Part shown: one piece after another, positions 54,711 to 64,000 of the stretch | Numbering within the stretch: position 1 is the stretch's first letter | How the letters are laid out: each line of letters begins with the position of its first letter | NCBI GenBank assembly: GCA_964016885.1 | Contig: OZ024742.1 | Location: 304,110,001-304,174,000 of the forward strand | Reading direction: 5' to 3' | Length of the DNA: 64,000 nucleotides | Origin: Eledone cirrhosa | Lineage: Eukaryota | The notes under the pieces: model-generated | The model's database searches: none | What the model saw: the letters and a program-made list of their open reading frames with translations, nothing else | What the model was told of the DNA's origin: nothing | Translations under genes and position numbers: made by a program

Positions 54711-55433
54711 TTCATTAAAGCAATAATTGTTTCATTTCTATGTAAAATGTTCTAAAACTCCCAAGTATGCTTGTGTCTGCTTATGTGTATGCAGTTTGCA
54801 TACACATAGTACATATACTTTGTCACTGATTACCTACCCATATTCCCTATTTTAATCCTTTATATTTTATCAGATCTTATTTGATCCTATTTATTAATTT
54901 ATATAAACACTTGCTCATTGAAGTAAAGAATACAATTAACAATAAAACTTGTTATTGTTAATTGTTTTCTATACTTAAAAATACTCACTCAGGTTCTAAA
55001 CCCTGTCTATATATAGCTTTACCCCTCACCACTCCACCCCTATTGCTATGGTCTATTTGCCCCCTTTCCTCCTACTCCACTCATAGTCACTAACCACCCC
55101 TGCTACACCCACAATACTTCCTTATCCTGACCCCTTGCCTGTCCAGATACACATTCCATTGACTGGTCCACCACTTCCTCGATCAGACCAGTTTATTGCT
55201 TTGATAAATTCAACGGAAGCACTACCAAAACTGGCCAACTATTTTCTCATACACTACAAATATTATTACACCCTTGTTCAGGTTTGCTGAACACACAAGC
55301 CGAAACTACTTGGCGCCGGGTTCTACAAACCACTATTCGCACTGTGCATATCCCCATGCATTGAGTGCTCCATTGGTTAGGGGTATCCCTGTTTCCGCCC
55401 CACGAATATCCCCTCTCACTCTCTATCTATCTA

Positions 55434-55469
<36 letters not shown>

Positions 55470-55477
55470 TATATATA

Positions 55478-56272
55478 TACAATGAAAGAGAAAACACAGG
55501 TAAGCATTAGAAAAAGGATTTTATCCAGGTATTTACGACCGTTTCATTTTGAGTTCGAAGAATAAGTTACTCAACAATAATATCGAAAGATCAATTTATT
55601 GCAACCATAGACTTACAGAAAAATGTTCGCACTACAAGCGCAAATCGAATCCTTAACCTCCTACTACCACCTGACAAACTGCATATACTTAGACTTTCTA
55701 CCCACTTATTGAATCTAACCCCTTTAATTACCCACAGTAACCAATACTTATGTCCCTCTCTCCTCCTTCATTCCTTTTTTTCTTTTTTCGTTTTCTTCTT
55801 TTCTTCTCTCTCTTTTTTGTTCTCTTTTCTTTTCTTCTTTTTTCTCTTCCCCCTTTTTATATATATATTTATTTCTCTATCTCTCTCCCTCCCACTATAA
55901 ACAATTTAATTCTCTTTAACTCCCTACACTGTAAATTGACGACATCAAGTCTACGAATCAAAACTGATCGAGGAATACTTCCATCTTTACCCCTCCCTCC
56001 ATCTCCGTTTGTTCCTCTACTTCCTAACTCTTCTCCCCCTTCCTCTCTCTCTATACTAGTAAATACGATTCCCCAAAAATGTTTTTTTATATATTAAGAA
56101 CCTTTTACAAGTATTTCATTATTTTGAAAATTTGGAGGTGAATAACAGTTATTATCGATTGGCTGCTATTTGCAGTATAGCGATATAAGTTGCGCTTACC
56201 AATAAAACGGTCGTAAATACCTGGATGAAATCCTTTTTTTTAATGGTTACCTGTGTTTTCTCTTTTATTGTT
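55478..56272. mobile_element. PLE 3' UTR/pLTR-like element with a 5' inverted copy of its end
   Basis: About 55480-55545 is the reverse complement of about 56205-56271. Degenerate HHR-like halves TATT-TTGAAAA...CCAAT-AAAAC-GGTC-GTA-AATA at 56120-56218; the inverted copy keeps GAAAC. Confidence 0.55.
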
Positions 56273-56389
56273 TATACTCCAAGATTGAACGGGATTTACT
56301 AACCAGATTCTTGCAAACTTGTGGAGTTACCCCTAACCGTACGTTGGAAACCGGCCAAGAAGCTGGCAATCTTAACCACGAACTGTATT

Positions 56390-56431
56390 GTCCCCTTTTC
56401 TTGTGCGCTCTTGTGGCAAATAAAGAGATAT
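56390..56431 (+). mobile_element. 42-bp retroposon 3'-end insertion with a 21-bp target-site duplication
   Basis: ATCTTAACCACGAACTGTATT at 56369-56389 and 56432-56452 flanks GTCCCCTTTTCTTGTGCGCTCTTGTGGCAAATAAAGAGATAT, which contains AATAAA. Confidence 0.65.
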
Positions 56432-57239
56432 ATCTTAACCACGAACTGTATTACAATAAGCAATGTCATACAGTGAAAAATGAATATTATTCAATATACC
56501 ATTGAGATTATAAATAAGAATCTCTTTGAGTTATTAATTAGTTCGCAGGTCAATGTCTTGAGTTTATCATAGATGACACTTAAATGAAGAGATTTGATTT
56601 GCCATATGTGTTAAATTTTGCGGAACTAATTACATCTTATCTTCTTAAGATTCATTTGTGTCGCTACAGATCACATGGGTATTGAGCGGATGAAATTAAA
56701 CCCATTTAAAAAAGTTTTGTCCTCTTTTTAAATTTATACAAGATGCTTATGAAAATTTCATTAGCTGTAATTTTTGTCACGTCGAAAGAAATTGTCTAAA
56801 CAAGAACAGAAGAATCAGAAAGCTTCGAAGAATAATGCAAAAAGAAAGAGAGAAAACAAATGTCGGAGTAATTGCATACACACATATACACACACACACG
56901 CGCACACACGCACACACACACATATACACACACAGATATATATATATACACAATACACACACTCACACACATACATATATGTGTGTTTTTCTGTTGATGA
57001 ATACGTGTCTGTGTGTTGTGTACTGCGCGATCATTGCAATTGGATTTTCTGCAGATAAAACTGCTTTTCAAGAATAAAATCTAAACCAACTGGGAATAGA
57101 ATAAGTGTTAAAAAGTGTCTTCATTGGTTAGTCAACATGTGGATTACTGATCAAAATCAATGCCAATACTAGTCTTGGAAGAACTTTTTGAACAACAATG
57201 ATTAAATAATGATATTTTCTGTTCGTCATTGCAGTCATA

Positions 57240-57353
57240 TAATAATTGTTTCTACTTTCGGCACAAGGCCAGCAATTACCCAGTACATTACTGGTACTTT
57301 ATTTTATCGACCTCGTAAAGATGAAAGGCAAAGTTAACCTTGGCGGGATTTGA
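57240..57353 (-). mobile_element. SINE S1, 5'-truncated
   Basis: Consensus match. Confidence 0.82.
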
Positions 57354-58542
57354 GTCATATTGCAATCATATAATAATGTTTGAGAATTGGATTGATGTCA
57401 TCCTAACGTAAATGATTATAATATTAGTCGATCACGATGAAAATTGGGGAATATTTGACAGAGGAGTGTGTTCAAATTTTCTGCATCCAAGTTAACTTTC
57501 CAGGATGTTCGCTGATATTATGTTCATTTGCGTTGGAGCCAACATAGTTAAAATTTCAGAATTTCTCAATTTTTCTTAAGTCAGCCGATTTAATATGTAT
57601 TAGTGTTTGTTTGAAGAGAGAAGAGATAAAAGTATTGCCTTATATTTTTCACTAGTTTGCATTCTATTTTCTCATCCGTGAGAACATTTGTGATATTCAT
57701 ATCCATCCCACAACACCGGCTGCCTATTCCCAGTGACATGGCTTCAAACAGAATTGTATAGGACTTCCCTATATATGTAAATAGTGAAAGGACTACTTAA
57801 TATACGTAAATTGTAATTGAAGTACTTAATAAAGGTTGTAGGTTCTTTTTTTCTTAATTTTAGATTTAAACTTAATATTTTAATCTTTACATGAGTTTCT
57901 CGGAATTGAGTTCTTCAAATGTGATCTATCACGAAACACTATATAAATACTATTGCATAGCACGAGAAAAGACAATATAACTATAAGTATTTAGTTATAC
58001 AACAATGTATATGTTTTAAATGACTATTACGTTTCAGTCACAAACACAAAACAAAATCATTTCGGTTTTATTATACGCTCACAAATCACTTCGCTTACCA
58101 AATACGTGTTTTCTGGAGATGGGTTAAATAAACAGGAAATAATATTTTATCACATGTAGACAGACAGCTTAGGACTAGCATATTGTAGAAAACAATATTG
58201 TCGACATCACCCATGTATTATGTAAACTATATAGTGACAATAACATTTCTAAGCAACTGTTTCAGATTAAAGAAAGAAATGACCCTGTGCCATGTTAAAT
58301 GTTAGAAAACTGAGGAATATGTAGGTAATTAGCGATATCTTCTAGATGTTGCGTCACCACTAATATATAATAGATATCATGTGTTTACGGATCTGATGTA
58401 GGATTGATTGTTTTATCTGGGTTTGTTTTATGAATAAACCTGATGTGTGTAGAGATTGTGTTAAATGTTACACAAATCGAAGATGTCTTGTATCTGTTAG
58501 AATGTGTTATATAGTTATATGTTCCTGAAAGCCTGCGTCTTT

Positions 58543-58714
58543 TTAATTATTCCTCAGGTTGAACCCCAACCATTGTGCTTTGAGTAAATTTAGTAGTTTT
58601 TGCTCAGATTTAAGCACTGGGGTAGGTCTCCGGTTTGATGATATATTCCGCCGTTCTTTCCACCTATCCTGGATATGTTGCAAAGTGTCCTTTACAATGC
58701 CTTTCCCGTACAAA
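58543..58714 (-). CDS. Candidate last coding exon of an unidentified host gene (xLYGKGIVKDTLQHIQDRWKERRNISSNRRPTPVLKSEQKLLNLLKAQWLGFNLRNN*)
   Basis: Minus-strand acceptor CTTTTATTCTGTTTAG immediately upstream (58715-58730). 56 sense codons of non-repetitive, GC-richer sequence, then TAA and AT-rich unique sequence resembling a 3' UTR. No homology recognised. Confidence 0.35.
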
Positions 58715-59220
58715 CTAAACAGAATAAAAGTTTCCTACAAAGAATTAACTAATCGAAAGAAATGCAGTAGTTCAGGTGCATAACAGACCATTCTCAAAAG
58801 TATGTTATAGATTTCATATCGCCATTCTTAACGTTTTTCTTAGGACGTTAAGGAAGAATAGCAAGAAAAGAAGCAAGTAAAAGAAAAAGGCTGGAAAAGC
58901 GAATGAAGATTAAAGAAAATAATTGAATAATAGCCGATGGAGAGAAAGATACAAATATGAAATGAATCGAGAAAGAAAACAACTATATTAAAAATATAAA
59001 ATCTTGAACTACAGAAGCTGATAAACATTTCGGCATAAAGAACGAAAATGAGTCCGGCTGGAGGAGAAGAATAAACAACAGAAGACAGGAAAGGGAAAAA
59101 AATGGGAATAAATAATAAAAGAATGGAAAAAATATCTAAAAGGGGAAAGAAAAAAGAGAAATGAATAGAAAATGCATCTCTTACTTTTCCTTCTTTCACT
59201 CTCACCTTCTCTCTCTGTAT

Positions 59221-59330
<110 letters not shown>

Positions 59331-59348
59331 CATATATATGTACATGTA

Positions 59349-59411
<63 letters not shown>

Positions 59412-59430
59412 GTGTATCTTTGTGTATATC

Positions 59431-59511
<81 letters not shown>

Positions 59512-60284
59512 ACATATATATACAACGAAGGTGAAAATGAAATGGTAGAACAAAAATATAGCGTCGTAAGAAATACTGAAGGAATAGAAACCGCTTTGAG
59601 CGAAACGGATGAAGAAAACTCTCTTGAAGTAAAGACATAATACTGTATAAGGTGTGGGTGAGGTGGGGTTTTTTTCTGTTACTCTATTAATGACACGTAT
59701 CCAATTCTTTCTCTACATTTCTCTCTCTTTATCCCGCTTATCTCTTTCTAGTTAAAATTGAATGATATTTATCTGCGTCAATTTCGACGACCTGTTATAG
59801 TCGTTCGTCCAATGTACTACTAAGTGATGAAACCACAATATGAGTGGCTTAGCATTGATCAGACCCGTGTACTCTTATCCCAATACCCAGTGAGATTCAT
59901 CGTGACATATTTTGTGACAAGTTTGGGTCTTTCAATTATAACTAGAGACAATCCAATGGGTTTCTAAAGAGTTCCTTCTAGACAGTATAAACACAAGTCT
60001 TTTGTCGACCTGACGTTATGGTAAATGACACTTGCCAAAATGCCGTGCAGTTGGATGCAACGCTGTATCCCGATTACGTACAGTCATATCTTGTGCAGAG
60101 GTTAAGTCGTCACATTCTTACACAAGATTTCTACGGCTTTATGCTATTCTTTTCACCATCAAGGATACAGCCAGTACTGGGTGCTTTTATCGTGTAGATC
60201 CCTAGCACTAGATACGTTGTTGTGTCTCAGACAATTAAAGCGCCATCGCAACCCATTAGTTATATATATATATATATATATGTA

Positions 60285-60428
60285 TAGTGGTTACACAACA
60301 GTTAGTTCACCATACCGAGAACAATTTTTTCACTTTATCAGATCCTCACCTCGTAATGGACAGCTGAGGATCCGCTAACGTGAAACAATTGTTCTCACTA
60401 TAGTGAACAAACTGTTGTGTAACCACTT
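60285..60428. repeat. Fold-back pLTR-like fragment (family of 4650-4756)
   Basis: Arms AGTGGTTACACAACAGTT...AACTGTTGTGTAACCACT; HHR-like motif CTGAGGA-TCC...GTGAAACAATTGTTC. Confidence 0.6.
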
Positions 60429-60475
60429 CTACCTAACCTCGTCCCATGGACTGAGTGCTCTACCACTACCGATAT

Positions 60476-60604
<129 letters not shown>

Positions 60605-60639
60605 CATATATATATATATTTGTTTGCGAGGTTTTTGAT

Positions 60640-60858
60640 ATGAAATCGTGTGTGAAACAGATATTGTTATACTTGGGGAGTGTCATATTGTAGTAATAAT
60701 ATTGCCAGAAATAATAACAGAATACACTCACTGTTTGGTTGGTTTTCGCTTCTGTATCTTATATAAAAACTACAGAAGCGAAAACCAACCAAACAGTGAG
60801 TGTGTTCTGTTATTATTTCTGGCAATATTATTACAATATGACACTCCCCAAGTATAAC
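60640..60858. mobile_element. Palindrome of the extreme 3' end of the Naiad family at 26228-29498
   Basis: 60774-60857 matches 29411-29495; 60666-60752 is its reverse complement. Confidence 0.8.
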
Positions 60859-60874
60859 TATATATATTTATATT

Positions 60875-62438
60875 TCGTTTCTGAATTTGTTTAGTAAGAT
60901 TCTTTATCTGAAAACGTGTGTTGAAACCGATATTGTTGTACATTGGGAGGGTCATGTTGCGAATAGGAAACACATGCACTAGTTGCTTTCACTTCAATTT
61001 ATTATAAATTTCCGGTTGGTTGGTTGATTCCACAACTGGATGGTTGTTCATATATTGTCAAAGTTCTTTCGTCACACATACTATGACCTCTTCAATGACT
61101 GGGGGTTCTTTTCTTTGTTTTGTGCCTCTCCTTTGTTCTGTCCTACGCCATCTTGTTTTTGTGTGTGTTGTGTGCTTAGTTTGCGCATGCGTTACATTCG
61201 TGTGTCTGTGTGTGTTTTTATTTGTCTATTTATTTGTTTATTTACATGTTACTAGTTAGTTGTTTGTTTTATGTGTGTGTTTTTTTAATTTTTGTCCTTA
61301 ATTGTAAGTTGTGATGTTGCTATTCCATTCATGTTTTCTATTTAATTTTGGTTGGCGTTCATTTATGTGTATTGCCTCTATGATTTGTCTAAACATTGCG
61401 TCTTTTCTGTGTGTAGACTTTATTTCTATGTCTATGTTCTCTAATTTACCCTTATGTTCTATTTTAGCATGTTGGTAGAGTACTGGTGAGTCTTTTATAT
61501 CTTGAAGTTCTCGCCAGTGTTCATTTAATCGTTCTCCTATGCTACGAGCTGTCTCACCCATGTATATTATATTCTTATCTTTACATTGTCCCTCAGTACA
61601 TCTTGTGCTAAATATTATGTTTCTAGTTTTATAGTTAATATAGGGGCTTAGTTTACAGATTATGCATTTCTTATCTATACAGGGAGGTCTTTGAAAAGGG
61701 TATTATTACTAATAAGTGTTTTTATGGAGGTACCTGGTCTTTCCACTATCTTAATATATAGTTTAAGTTTATCTAGGGCCCTTCTAAATTTGTAAGCTAG
61801 TTCACCTCTAGGGGATGTATTGATGAACATTACACTCTGGTATTTATTGCTATCATACCATGAGTTTATTTTATTAACCTTATTCCTAGTTCTTTCTATT
61901 CTAAATCTGCAATCAGTATGTTGATTTTGGTGTGATCCGAAATAAAAATAAAATCTACACACAGAAAAGACGTAATGCTTAAACAAATCACAGAGGCAAT
62001 AAACATAAATGAACTCCAACCAAAATTAAATAGAAAACATGAATGGAATAGCAACACCACAACTTACAATTAAGGGCAAAAATGAAAACTCACACACATA
62101 GAACAAACAACTAACTAGTAACATGTAAATAAAAAAATAAATAAACAAATAAAAACACACACAGACACTCGAATGTAACGCAAGCGCAAACTAAGCTCAC
62201 AACACAAACAAAAACAAGATGGCGTAAGATAGAACAAAGGAGAGGCACAGAACAAAGAAAAGAAAACCCAGTCACTGAAGAAGTCACATAATGTGTGACG
62301 AAAGAACTTTGACAATATATGCACAACCATCCGGTTGTGGAATCAATCAACTAACCGGAAATTTATAATAAATTGAAGTGAAACAACTGGTGCATGTGTT
62401 TCTTATTGGCAACATGACCCTCCCAAAGTATAACAATA
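60875..62438. mobile_element. Naiad family B: long minus-strand 3' fragment (60875-61905) joined head-to-head to a shorter plus-strand 3' fragment (61939-62438)
   Basis: ORFs 61675-62019 (SWYDSNKYQSVMFINTSPRGELA...IKIVERPGTSIKTLIS) and 61298-61561 (MGETARSIGERLNEHW...LNRKHEW) are homologous to the 710-aa ORF. Both arms carry the pLTR HHR. Confidence 0.88.
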
Positions 62439-62461
62439 TATATATATATATATATATACAT

Positions 62462-62702
62462 ATCACGATAAATTAACAGAGCCATAGACTCTCGCTATTC
62501 CCTGTCAATAATGTGGTCAAACGAGAAGAAATCCTGAGCTCTTTAAAATACAATATGTTGAAAAGGTAACACACTAGAGAGAGATACAGTGCGCTATCAA
62601 TAAAACAGGGAAAAACCACCAGTGTATAACCACTGGTGGTTTTTCCCTGTTTTATTGATAGCGTACTGTATCTCTCTCTAGTGTGTTACCTTTTCAACAT
62701 AT

Positions 62703-62706
<4 letters not shown>
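62462..62706. mobile_element. Rearranged copy of the 24307-24757 element with an internal palindrome
   Basis: 62550-62624 is the reverse complement of 62632-62705. Termini match 24307 and 24757. Confidence 0.65.
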
Positions 62707-62761
<55 letters not shown>

Positions 62762-63754
62762 GCATCTCAACGTACACCCACTTACATCTCTCTCTCCACC
62801 AGCGGATCTTGTTACCCGGAGATTTACCCATTTGCATTGTCGAGGCTTCCAAACGACTTAAAGATATTTACGTATTATTCCACAATGCTTCAAGCAAACT
62901 TCAATACTCTCTTATATATATATATATAACTAAAGGGGGTGAGGATCCTTTAGTATTTTTTAAAGACATTTATGAGAGAGAAAAGGAGAGTGGTGGATGA
63001 ACATAGACAAAGAGATAAAGGGAGAAAGAGTTATTGGTGGATAGATTACTATGCTATTACATTTGTGAAATTAAGTTTGTGTAGGTGTTTATAATAACGT
63101 CAAAACGAATGTATGATCCTTTTTTTGAATATGTATATGTGCGCTATGTGAAACTTTGTTGCACATATTACTTTTTTTTCTCTTTTTGGTTTTCTCTGTT
63201 TTGAAAAATATCACAGGTGTTCTAGTAAAATATTATTGGTTTGTCTTGTTATAATTCAGAAAACTTAGAATAAAGCGGGCTGCTGTGTTATTGCCTTGGG
63301 GTGTTGGGTGAAATAAACGTTTCACAATGTGTCTCGTTATTGTCGCCTAACTCAATAACTTCTATTTTATTTGGATCAGATGTGATTGTGATATATGTAC
63401 CGAACAGTAACAGTTACACTACTTATACAAACACAAACACATCTAATGGAGATGAAATATACATTAAAGACAAATTACTCAGATAAACTATGCTTGGCGA
63501 CTAATAAATGTGGATAGATGGAGTAGCTAGTTAGTATGAAGATTCCCTACTGTGCCTCCCATCTCCAAGATTGGTGGAAAATGTTACATTTCAATCACTA
63601 GTAGATAGAGTGATTTGATAAGACTAGTAGATAGAGGGAATTGATAATACCGTGTATGTATGTATGTATGTATGTATGTATGTATGTATGTATGTATGTA
63701 TGTATGTATGTATGTATGTATGTATGTATGTATGTATGTATGTATGTATGTATG

Positions 63755-64000
63755 TCAACGACCCTGGTGGTATCCAATGATGTTAACTTGTTCTTCTTTT
63801 TGGTAAATATCATCTTGGTTAAGAAAGTGGGACTGGCTTTGTGCAGTGCCTTTGCTCACTATAAAAGCTTCACGGCACAGGCATTGCTTTATATCTGAAG
63901 ATCTCTCTGCACTTGTCGTCACATGGTACCAAGGGCCCAGCACTATTTGTCAATAATTGTCACAAGTGTAGTGTTTGTACCAGAGTTTTCAAGTCGCTGG
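63755..64000 (+). mobile_element. Family-T retroposon after (TATG)n, cut by the window edge
   Basis: Starts TCAACGACCCTG, exactly like the copy at 35156. Confidence 0.78.

Overview
AT-rich, microsatellite-dense eukaryotic DNA, most likely an octopus genome. That assignment is inferred from a very abundant tRNA-derived SINE and the (TA)n/(CA)n/(GA)n/(TATG)n/(ATC)n density. There is a 200-N gap at 2318-2517. No complete host gene is visible; there is one candidate terminal coding exon on the minus strand (58543-58714). Nearly all short ORFs in the track are microsatellite artefacts. The real content is retroelements: (1) a nearly intact, 5'-truncated Penelope-like element (PLE) of Naiad type with RT and GIY-YIG domains (26228-29498), plus palindromic fragments of related families; (2) fragments of other PLE clades and of R4/Dong-, RTE- and probably Tx1/L1-type LINEs; (3) about 15 SINE copies. 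The most interesting finding is at least three unrelated non-coding repeat families with unit lengths of about 466, 591 and 656 bp. Each carries a type I hammerhead ribozyme (HHR) and occurs as a more-than-unit-length insertion near TA-rich tracts, usually with a 5' inverted segment. One family is present in two circularly permuted registers and shows compensatory base-pair changes in its ribozyme. These look like large retrozymes (retroelements derived from circular RNA), probably mobilised by PLEs. All ribozyme folds were read by eye and are untested.
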